A stretch of DNA of 64,000 nt. It comes from Candidatus Gottesmanbacteria bacterium UBA6580 (lineage in GTDB: Bacteria; Patescibacteriota; Microgenomatia; UBA10105; UBA927). Where the stretch lies: the NCBI GenBank assembly GCA_002433895.1, contig DJJA01000003.1, positions 288,486 to 352,485 on the forward strand, in the 5' to 3' direction. The translations under genes and the position numbers were made by a program. Position 1 is the first letter of the stretch. Every line of letters starts with the position of its first letter. Shown here piece after piece: positions 29,630 to 37,379 of the stretch. The notes beneath the pieces were generated by a model. It saw only the letters and a list, made by a program, of their open reading frames with translations. It ran no database searches and was not told the origin of the DNA.

Positions 29630-29899
29630 GAACATAATCTTCGTTTATATGCGCTGATGTTATAGAGAACGTCGTGACGATTGGTGAATTGGTGTTTGTT
29701 TTTGTAATAAACTTCGTTTTTACGTCACCTATGTGTTAGGTGATATGTATTACCTTTCAATCATGCTCATCGCCGTGGTGACGTACACGCTTCACCGAAA
29801 ATTATCTTTCTAAAACAAACTTTGTGATACATCTCATTACTTGCGGGGATATAGTCGTTGTTTACAGTGTCCTCACTGCCAGGTAATCTATACAAAGAT

Positions 29900-31246
29900 A
29901 TGAAGATTAAATTCCTCGGGGCGGCGGGTACGGTTACTGGGTCTAGTTACGTTCTTACTTCTGGTTCAGGAAAATCCATACTTATCGATCTCGGGATGTT
30001 TCAGGGGCCGGATGTCGATCATCTCAATTATCAACCATACGAATATGACTGCGGCTCGCTCTCAGGGGCAGTGCTCACGCACGCGCATCTGGATCACTGC
30101 GGCAGATTACCGGTACTTTTGAAAAAAGGATTTACCGAATCAATTTATATGACCTCGGCGACAGCGGATTTGACGGAGCTGTCACTGCTGGATACCGCGA
30201 AAATTGCGCTCGAAGATGAGCGGCAACCGTTGTTTGATAAAGCATTGGCAGAGCAGACGTTCCAGCATTTTAAACGGGTGGCGTACCGCGAGCCGTTTAC
30301 TGTGGGCGATTTCACCGTGACACTCCGGGACGCGGGGCATATATTGGGTTCCGCGTATCTTGAAGTAGTTGATACCAAACCGGATTCGGCGATCAAAAAA
30401 ATAGTGTTTAGCGGCGACCTCGGAAACAGTCCCGATGAATTGTTGCCCGACATCGAGCGCATCGCTAGCGCGGATGCCGTGGTGATGGAATCGACGTATG
30501 GTGACCGGCTGCATCCGAGTACAAATCCTGTGGAGGTGATTGCCGCTGAGATAAACGCGGTTGAGGCAATCGGTGGTACACTGCTGATCCCCGCGTTTTC
30601 GCTGCACCGTACACAGGAGCTCATGCATATCATCCGGCACCTCAAGGAAAAAGGAAAAGTAAAAGAAGATACCCAAGTTTTTATGGATAGCCCGATGGCA
30701 AATGCCGCGACCACTATCTATACCCGGTATCCCGAGGATTTCAACGCGCATGTAAAAGAAGAACTGCGGGGATCTGGCCCGTTTACGTTTCCCGGCATGG
30801 TGATTATCCATAAACACAAAGGACAGCGGTTGATAGCTGAAGCGTTGGGTGCCAAAGTGATTATCGCCGGCAGTGGCATGATGACGGGCGGGCGTATTGT
30901 AGGACACGCGGCCACGTATCTGCCTATCCCTTCGACCCGTGTGCTTATCGTCGGGTGGCAGGGCGAGCAGACGTTGGGCCGGGCGCTCCTGGAAGGCAGC
31001 CGCAAAGTAACGATTGCCGATAAAGACGTAAGTGTAAAAGCCACGGTTACCGATACCCAAGCGATGAGCGCGCATGCCGATCAGCAGCAGCTTATGGATT
31101 GGCTGCAGTCGATGAAGGGAGTGCAAAAAGTATTTCTTACGCATGGCGATGATGAACCACGCCAGGCACTCGCCGCCAAGATTACCAAGGATTTGTCGAT
31201 TGGTGATGTGGCACTACCCCGGATGCACGAAGAGATCAGTGTGTAG
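29900..31246 (+). CDS. MBL-fold beta-CASP RNA-metabolising hydrolase
   Basis: THAHLDHCG HxHxDH motif, beta-CASP motifs (D, H, H); -10 TATACA 5 nt upstream of the ATG; ORF from 29858. Confidence 0.75.
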   Translation: MKIKFLGAAGTVTGSSYVLTSGSGKSILIDLGMFQGPDVDHLNYQPYEYDCGSLSGAVLTHAHLDHCGRLPVLLKKGFTESIYMTSATADLTELSLLDTAKIALEDERQPLFDKALAEQTFQHFKRVAYREPFTVGDFTVTLRDAGHILGSAYLEVVDTKPDSAIKKIVFSGDLGNSPDELLPDIERIASADAVVMESTYGDRLHPSTNPVEVIAAEINAVEAIGGTLLIPAFSLHRTQELMHIIRHLKEKGKVKEDTQVFMDSPMANAATTIYTRYPEDFNAHVKEELRGSGPFTFPGMVIIHKHKGQRLIAEALGAKVIIAGSGMMTGGRIVGHAATYLPIPSTRVLIVGWQGEQTLGRALLEGSRKVTIADKDVSVKATVTDTQAMSAHADQQQLMDWLQSMKGVQKVFLTHGDDEPRQALAAKITKDLSIGDVALPRMHEEISV

Positions 31247-31247
31247 T

Positions 31248-32363
31248 CTATTTTAGAAAGCGGGGAAACACGGAAGACGTGAGTTCCTCTATACCTTCCC
31301 GTGTTTTGGCAGAGACGAGTACATGCGGCATGTCATGCGCAAGAAATATAATCCGTTCGCGATCTTTGGGGGCGACCGCATCCATTTTATTAAACACCAT
31401 TACTTCTTTTTCTTTCGGAATGTGGAGCTGATCGAGGATTTCATGTACCACCCGGATTTTTTCGACCACGTCGGGGTCAGACGCGTCCACGACATGGAGG
31501 ATGACGTCAGCGTGAATTGATTCAAGGAGTGTAGAGGTAAACGCCTGGATGAGTGAGGGTGGTAAATTTGCGATAAATCCGATGGTGTCCGTGATCACCA
31601 CCTTGGTTCCTAGCTCCTGCATATAGATTTCCCCGACCGTACTATCGAGGGTCGCAAAGAGCGCGTTTTCCACTACATGTTTTTTGTGGGTGAGTACGTT
31701 AAAGAGCGATGTTTTGCCGGCGTTGGTGTATCCCACGATGGAGATGGTTTTGAGCCCCAGGTTTTTCCGGTGCTCCATCTGTCTTTCGCGGTTTGCCGTG
31801 AGTTTGTCGAGTTGGTCTTTCACCTTTTTTATTTCGCGTTTCCAGTGGCGCTCCATAAGCTCCGTATTGGTTTCTCCTATTCCACGGGTGCCGATGCCGC
31901 CTCCTTGGCGTGATAGTTCCATACCCATGCCGAAAATTCTGGGTCCCATGTGGTGCATACGGGCAAGTTCAATTTGCAGGTTGGCTTCCGTAGTGCGGGC
32001 GTGTTTAGAAAAAATCGCAAGGATGAGGTCGACCCTGTCCCATACTTGTATGTTTTTTTGTATCCCCCAAAACGATTTAATGAGGGTAAACTTTTGGCTT
32101 GGCTTCACGTGACCGTTAAGCAGTACGATATCAGTAGGGTGCGTTGTGAGGTACTCTGCAACTTCGCTTACTTTACCCTTTCCTATGTAGGTAGCCGCGG
32201 TAACATGTTCATGTTGGGTGATGATATCGGTAATCGTCGCGTTACCCAATGTCTCGGTGAGCTGCCACAGCTCCGTGATGTCATGCTCCATTTCCGAGCG
32301 GCTTATTTTCGGGCGCGCGAGGTAGACTAAAAGAATATGTGAAGGTTTCGTAATTTCAGGCAT
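31248..32363 (-). CDS. hflX: GTPase HflX
   Basis: N-terminal HflX domain, G1 GYTNAGKTSLFN, G3 DTIGF, G4 NKMD; start MPEITKP (ORF extends to 32534); -10 TATAAT 6 nt upstream of the ATG. Confidence 0.85.
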   Translation of the reverse strand: MPEITKPSHILLVYLARPKISRSEMEHDITELWQLTETLGNATITDIITQHEHVTAATYIGKGKVSEVAEYLTTHPTDIVLLNGHVKPSQKFTLIKSFWGIQKNIQVWDRVDLILAIFSKHARTTEANLQIELARMHHMGPRIFGMGMELSRQGGGIGTRGIGETNTELMERHWKREIKKVKDQLDKLTANRERQMEHRKNLGLKTISIVGYTNAGKTSLFNVLTHKKHVVENALFATLDSTVGEIYMQELGTKVVITDTIGFIANLPPSLIQAFTSTLLESIHADVILHVVDASDPDVVEKIRVVHEILDQLHIPKEKEVMVFNKMDAVAPKDRERIIFLAHDMPHVLVSAKTREGIEELTSSVFPRFLK

Positions 32364-32414
32364 CGGTTCATTATACCCGATGTGTGTGGAGGGAAGGAGA
32401 AATTTGCGTGCTGG

Positions 32415-32429
32415 GCGTATAATATACGC
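32415..32429. promoter_or_regulatory. 15-bp palindrome GCGTATA-A-TATACGC overlapping a TATAAT -10, 8 nt upstream of ATG 32432
   Basis: read directly; sits in the divergent hflX / ORF 32432 region. Confidence 0.5.
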
Positions 32430-32431
32430 AT

Positions 32432-32677
32432 ATGACAAGAAAAGGACATCAAGAAGCACGACCACAGTCCCCGGGGACATTGCCCGGATACGCGTCAGAA
32501 AGATCAGTAAGAAGGAGACGGACGATAGGAACAAGGCGCCCCCTTTCAGTCAGTGAAGAAGCGGATTTATTAGCAACCGGACTGACGAGGCGCGAAGCGT
32601 CACGGATGTCTCCTCAGCAACTGAAAGAACTAGCAGACGCGGCGGTCAATCGGTCTGATATTTTCCTCGGATCGTAA
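32432..32677 (+). CDS. small Arg-rich hypothetical protein (candidate leaderless gene)
   Basis: 81-aa ORF; TATAAT 8 nt upstream; no homology recognised. Confidence 0.3.
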   Translation: MTRKGHQEARPQSPGTLPGYASERSVRRRRTIGTRRPLSVSEEADLLATGLTRREASRMSPQQLKELADAAVNRSDIFLGS

Positions 32678-32683
32678 TTTCCG

Positions 32684-33253
32684 TTACGCGTCTTCCGCGT
32701 CAGGGGGTTCGGGAGGAAGGAATTCTTCACCGTTTGGTTTATCTGACGGATATTCGCCGGGTTTAAGCCACTGTACATACGTACATCCTGTTGCTTGTTT
32801 TTTCTCGCGGTCCCAGCCGGATGTCGAGCATTTCTTCATTTTTTTGCCAGCCGCGGTCGTATAGAGCACGAGTGGCTTTCCGCATTCAGGGCACGCTTCA
32901 TCCAGAGGTTCGGTGGTTCCGTTTATCCACTCCACATAATCACAACCTTCGGCTTTTTTGGTTTCTTTGTTCCAGGTATTGGTGGAGCATTTCTTCATTT
33001 TTTTGCCAAACCGGGTGACAACCAAGACGACCGGGGAGCCGCACTTGGGGCATTTTTCATCTAATCCTTTGGGTTCAGGGACTATCCACTTTACGAAATC
33101 ACACCCTTCGTTTTTATGGGTTTCGGGGTTCCATCTGCCGGCACTGCATTTTTGCATCTGTTTACCGGATTTGGTTTCCTGTACTGGATTTAACGGGCTA
33201 CCGCATTTAGGACAATTTGTATCTGTCATACTGGGTAGTGAAATTTCGACCAT
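32684..33253 (-). CDS. Triple zinc-ribbon protein (3 tandem topoisomerase-like C4 Zn-finger modules)
   Basis: three repeats CP(K/E)CG..[10-13]..KCS..W....GC.YV.W; ORF extends to 33328, start set at MVEISLP. Confidence 0.55.
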   Translation of the reverse strand: MVEISLPSMTDTNCPKCGSPLNPVQETKSGKQMQKCSAGRWNPETHKNEGCDFVKWIVPEPKGLDEKCPKCGSPVVLVVTRFGKKMKKCSTNTWNKETKKAEGCDYVEWINGTTEPLDEACPECGKPLVLYTTAAGKKMKKCSTSGWDREKKQATGCTYVQWLKPGEYPSDKPNGEEFLPPEPPDAEDA

Positions 33254-33393
33254 TGCGTTATTACGCTGGCGAAAGTTCAGGCTCCTTTCATTGCTCAATA
33301 ATATGTTATGTCGGGATTGTCTATTCAACGCGCAATGAACAAAAGCGTGTCGAAATTCTACTACCCGGCATATGGTGAAACTATAGCGGGAGT

Positions 33394-33804
33394 TTGGTGG
33401 GGATGCAAGCGGCAGAGTGGTATACTTTATATCCTATGCCTCGTAGGAGTATTGCCGCTCATGTTCAGTTTGCCCGCCGTATCGTGCAGGTCATGGATTT
33501 GCGGTTCAATGTATTGGGCGTGCGGTTTGGGATCGATCCGATGCTGGATATTATCCCGGGCGTGGGCAACGCTTTGGCCGCACTTACGTCGTGTTATCTC
33601 TTTTGGATTGCGTACCGCCTGGATGTGCCCCGATGGGTGTATTTGCGGATGTTGTGGAATATCACGGCAGATTATGTGTTGGGAGTCGTGCCATTTATCG
33701 GTATTGTGTTTGATGTATTTTTCCGCGCGAATGTAAAAAACTTCGCGTTACTTGAGAAATACTTCGATCCTGATATTTTGGTCGGCGAAGTTATCGATCC
33801 GTGA
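33394..33804 (+). CDS. DUF4112-domain membrane protein
   Basis: FGIDPMLDIIPGVGNALAAL...VVPFIGIVFDVFFRAN pattern. Confidence 0.5.
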   Translation: MVGMQAAEWYTLYPMPRRSIAAHVQFARRIVQVMDLRFNVLGVRFGIDPMLDIIPGVGNALAALTSCYLFWIAYRLDVPRWVYLRMLWNITADYVLGVVPFIGIVFDVFFRANVKNFALLEKYFDPDILVGEVIDP

Positions 33805-33810
33805 CGTGTA

Positions 33811-34503
33811 CTATTGTTCAAATGGGCGAGGCGTAAATTGGTTAACTAACCGCGGCCCGTTGTCATGTATCGCGACATATGATGTCCGTTTGAGGTGCGT
33901 GTCTACCATACCCGCGTTTATGTACCGTCTCGGCACATCAAATTCCGCTAAATGGGTATGGCCGACTATTTTCCATACGGAAGGTTTATAGAGTTTATCT
34001 AATTGTGTTTTTTGTTCTTCATTCCATGTTTTATATAACCGGTATAGTCGTTTGGAAAAACCATCGGTCAGCGCGTGTTCCTGGAGCCATTTCCCGATGG
34101 GGTATAGCGCACGGACAAACCGGTGTTCGACGAGTTGGTCAGCGTGACGCCACGAGTCCAGTGTGTGACCGTGAAGCACGGCATAATCTGTGCCACCTCT
34201 GCTGAATTGAAACGCGTTTCTGACGGCAACATCCCAAAATAGTTTCTTTTTGGGTATGGCCATTCCGTCATGGTTACCCGTGATGTAGACTGCGTTTTTT
34301 TCACGGAGAGGCCGGAAAAGCTCGCTCCACCCAGACCGGGTAAAATCATGGTAGTTGATCCACCAGTTGTCCCAAAAATCCCCATTGATTATCACGCGGT
34401 CACTGACGCGTATGATGGAGCGTAAAAATTCCAGTCTTGGTCTGTCGCGTTTTTCCCGGTACGGTCCGAAGTGCGTATCCGAGATGACAATCTCATGAGC
34501 CAT
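33811..34503 (-). CDS. Calcineurin-like metallophosphoesterase
   Basis: ISDTHFG, GDFWDN, GNHD, GHTH motifs. Confidence 0.7.
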   Translation of the reverse strand: MAHEIVISDTHFGPYREKRDRPRLEFLRSIIRVSDRVIINGDFWDNWWINYHDFTRSGWSELFRPLREKNAVYITGNHDGMAIPKKKLFWDVAVRNAFQFSRGGTDYAVLHGHTLDSWRHADQLVEHRFVRALYPIGKWLQEHALTDGFSKRLYRLYKTWNEEQKTQLDKLYKPSVWKIVGHTHLAEFDVPRRYINAGMVDTHLKRTSYVAIHDNGPRLVNQFTPRPFEQ

Positions 34504-34567
34504 CCGCGGATTATACAAAAAAATCCGTGATTTGTGAACTATAGGGCATAATAATGCGCGGGGAGCG

Positions 34568-35203
34568 TTATATGCCGGAGGTTGTTCCTGACTGCGTTGC
34601 CGGCGTTGGGGTGGTGGCGGATCCCGCTACGGTAAACGAGCGGCGCAGGATTTTTTCTTCTCCGGATACGATACTTTTTACCCGAAGATCGAGCTGCTTA
34701 TTACCCGGCGATAATCCGTACATACACACTTCCCGGTCGGTGTAGTTGCTCCAGTTACTGCCGTTTATCCGGTATGACCAGACCACCGAACAGTAATTGC
34801 CGCCCTGGCGCGGGATATCCAGGCACACAGGGTCGTCTGATATAGTACTATTTTCCTCCGGATACACGATGTCGATGGGTCCCACGCCCGGTGTGCATTG
34901 TGCGGAAGGAGTATTGGTGGGAGTCGGGTCAACCGGTGTCACACGCACAGTTGGGGCTGGCGTATTTACTATAGGGGTTACAACGGGTGTAGGTGTGGGC
35001 TCTGGTTTTTTTTGGTTTTGCAGGTTGGAAACGTTACTGAGTAACACGGTGAGTAGTACCGGGATAGTAAGAAACGCGGTGATAAATTCCAAATACCGTT
35101 TTTTATCGGGCAAACGGCGGTACCACCGCCTGACCTTTTCGAGAGTAGACAAGCCGTTTGCGCTGTTTGAACCACGAGAATGATGAGAGTTTTCCGTATT
35201 CAT
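34568..35203 (-). CDS. Membrane-anchored secreted protein with a Pro/Thr linker and Cys-containing domain, hypothetical
   Basis: signal-anchor FITAFLTIPVLLTVLL, PEPTPTPVVTPIVNTPAPT linker. Confidence 0.4.
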   Translation of the reverse strand: MNTENSHHSRGSNSANGLSTLEKVRRWYRRLPDKKRYLEFITAFLTIPVLLTVLLSNVSNLQNQKKPEPTPTPVVTPIVNTPAPTVRVTPVDPTPTNTPSAQCTPGVGPIDIVYPEENSTISDDPVCLDIPRQGGNYCSVVWSYRINGSNWSNYTDREVCMYGLSPGNKQLDLRVKSIVSGEEKILRRSFTVAGSATTPTPATQSGTTSGI

Positions 35204-35301
35204 GGAGGCTCTTATTGTACCAGATATACGCTCTCGGGGTGAAATCAGGGGAAAATAGGGGCGTGACGGTGTTTGTTTTTTATGTATAATAGAAATCCGC
35301 T

Positions 35302-35940
35302 ATGAAGCAAGCATATATCTGGGTTGGAGTTATCAGTATCATATTGTTTGCAGCGGTGATTTATGTCCGTATGCCCAAAGGAGATGCTATGTCAAAGAAA
35401 AATCAGCCACAAACGAGTATAGCGCCGGAACGAATTCCCACACCGACCATGACGCCTATAGATGTGAATAAAACATATACCGCCAGGCTCGAAACAAGCG
35501 TTGGCGATATTGTCATTGACCTAACCGCCAAAGAAACACCCAAAACGGTGGGTAATTTTGTAAACCTTGCCCGCACCGGGTTTTATGACAACACCATATT
35601 CCACCGGGTGATCGATGGGTTTATGATCCAGGGCGGTGACCCCAAAGGAAACGGGACGGGGGGACCCGGGTACAAATTTGATGACGAACCGTTTGAGGGA
35701 AGTTATACCCGTGGCACCGTCGCTATGGCAAATTCGGGACCCAACACCAACGGAAGCCAGTTTTTTATCATGCACGCAGATGAGGCGTTGCCTCCTGCTT
35801 ATGTGATTTTCGGCAAAGTCAGCGAAGGCATGGAAGTTGTCGATAAAATTGCCACCGCGGCAACTATCCAAGACGGCCGGGAAAATTCCCGTCCGGTAGA
35901 GCCCGTCGTCGTTAAAAAGGTGACGATTACCGAACAATAA
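35302..35940 (+). CDS. ppiB: Peptidyl-prolyl cis-trans isomerase, cyclophilin type, membrane-anchored
   Basis: FHRVIDGFMIQGGDP, GTGGPGYKF, MANSGPNTNGSQFFI. Confidence 0.85.
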   Translation: MKQAYIWVGVISIILFAAVIYVRMPKGDAMSKKNQPQTSIAPERIPTPTMTPIDVNKTYTARLETSVGDIVIDLTAKETPKTVGNFVNLARTGFYDNTIFHRVIDGFMIQGGDPKGNGTGGPGYKFDDEPFEGSYTRGTVAMANSGPNTNGSQFFIMHADEALPPAYVIFGKVSEGMEVVDKIATAATIQDGRENSRPVEPVVVKKVTITEQ

Positions 35941-36010
35941 ATCCCGTAATGTAGCATACACCCGAGTTCTTCCCCTGGTGGTACTATGAGTGGTGAAGGG
36001 GGAAGATGGT

Positions 36011-36409
36011 ATGAAAGGGTATACCGCAAACATTGAAAAACTTACCGAGGCGAATAAAAATTTCCGTTTTGTCCTCTATACCGCCAAACACTGCCAGCTT
36101 GTCGTGATGAGCCTTAAGCCGGGGGAAGAAATCGGCATGGAAACCCATACCGAAAATGACCAGTTTTTCCGCGTGGAATCGGGAGCAGGAAAAGTGATCA
36201 TCGATGGTATTTCACATGACGTGTCCGATGGATTTGCGGTCATAGTACCAGCGGGAGCGACACACAATGTGATAAACGTGTCGCCAACTGAACCGCTAAA
36301 GCTCTATACGCTGTATAGTCCCGCGCATCACGCGGATGCCGTGGTGCACCGCACCAAAGACGAAGCGCTTACGGATGAGGAAGAATTTGACGGCGTGACG
36401 ACAGAGTAA
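36011..36409 (+). CDS. Cupin-domain protein
   Basis: G.E.G.E.H...QFF.V.SG.G...IDG bicupin-like motifs. Confidence 0.45.
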   Translation: MKGYTANIEKLTEANKNFRFVLYTAKHCQLVVMSLKPGEEIGMETHTENDQFFRVESGAGKVIIDGISHDVSDGFAVIVPAGATHNVINVSPTEPLKLYTLYSPAHHADAVVHRTKDEALTDEEEFDGVTTE

Positions 36410-36420
36410 AAAATCCTGTA

Positions 36421-36747
36421 TCAGGATTTCTTGTGTTCCTTCTGGATAGTTTTCCAGTGATAGAGGTAGAGGGGTAATCCTATGGCGATCATGGCGAACG
36501 CGCCGGAAAACTCCCGTTGCCGGTTCCGTGTCTGTTCGCGGGACGCTTGTTCTTTTAGTTGCTGTTCTTCAGCGGGGGTGATTTCTTCTCCTTCTATTTT
36601 CGGTGCCATGTATTCGTATCTATCCGCTTCACGGAATACAAACACTTTGAGTCCCAAATCAACCATCCGCACAGACCCGATAACAACGGTAAGCAATCCG
36701 ACAAACGAAAACAGATAAAGGTAAATAAAGCGCACACTGAGTTTCAT
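36421..36747 (-). CDS. membrane protein, hypothetical
   Basis: two TM helices. Confidence 0.35.
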   Translation of the reverse strand: MKLSVRFIYLYLFSFVGLLTVVIGSVRMVDLGLKVFVFREADRYEYMAPKIEGEEITPAEEQQLKEQASREQTRNRQREFSGAFAMIAIGLPLYLYHWKTIQKEHKKS

Positions 36748-36794
36748 ATATTTATCATATCATACGTTGTTTGGTTGTCTGCTATACTTCTTCC

Positions 36795-37343
36795 ATGACA
36801 AAATCCGGAAAATTACAGGTAATCGCTTCGCGTATCGCGCGGTGTAAAGAGTGTAAGGCGGGAAAAAGCGGACTACCGGTGCCGGGCGAAGGAAATCCTG
36901 ACGCCGATATCGTATTTTTGGGCGAGGCTCCCGGGAAAAACGAAGCGGCGACAGGACGCCCATTTATTGGCAGAAGCGGTCAATTGCTCCGTAAACATAT
37001 CCGGGAAGCGGGACTAACGGAAGAAGACGTGTACATCACTAGCCCCGTAAAATATTTGCCCGACCGGGGCACCCCGACGAAACAGGATATCCGTCATGGA
37101 AAAATTCATTTATCCGAGCAGCTAGCTGTCATTAACCCGAAAATTATCGTGCTTTTGGGGGCAACCGCGGTGTACGCCATGCTGGAGCGCACCGAGCCGA
37201 TTATGAAATCGCATGGCACGATTATAAAGGAGGGTGAACGCACCTACTTTATTACGTTGCATCCGGCAGCCGTCATACGGTTTCCAAAATACGCGCCGCT
37301 TATGCGGCAGGATTTTGAGAAACTCGCATCACTTATTTCCTGA
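36795..37343 (+). CDS. Uracil-DNA glycosylase, family 4
   Basis: GEGNPDADIVFLGEAPG motif, C..C cysteines; -10 TATACT 6 nt upstream of the ATG. Confidence 0.8.
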   Translation: MTKSGKLQVIASRIARCKECKAGKSGLPVPGEGNPDADIVFLGEAPGKNEAATGRPFIGRSGQLLRKHIREAGLTEEDVYITSPVKYLPDRGTPTKQDIRHGKIHLSEQLAVINPKIIVLLGATAVYAMLERTEPIMKSHGTIIKEGERTYFITLHPAAVIRFPKYAPLMRQDFEKLASLIS

Positions 37344-37379
37344 TATCCAGTTACCGCTGATTTGTTATACTCGCCTCAT

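Larger units (their letters stand above)
26540..29640. mobile_element. AT-rich (about 30-38% GC) horizontally acquired island carrying a Type II R-M system; no integrase or transposase seen
   Basis: abrupt compositional shift relative to about 50% GC flanks; 8-bp AATAGGAA at 26503-26510 and 29625-29632. Confidence 0.55.

Noticed and set aside
29858-29899. Upstream extension of the beta-CASP ORF (MFTVSSLPGNLYKD)
   Set aside because: MKIKFLGAAG at 29900 matches the family N-terminus and has a -10 directly upstream. The extension is probably untranslated.
31323-32330. Plus-strand ORFs within hflX
   Set aside because: They are antisense to a well-supported GTPase gene.
32364-32534. Long N-terminal extension of hflX to 32534
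   Set aside because: The extension is hydrophobic and unconserved. MPEITKP aligns with HflX N-termini, a TATAAT lies 6 nt upstream, and the region is needed as the promoter of the divergent ORF.
33308-33736. 142-aa Cys-rich ORF overlapping the DUF4112 gene in another frame
   Set aside because: The DUF4112 frame has family-like motifs and a clean membrane topology. The overlapping frame is odd low-complexity sequence.
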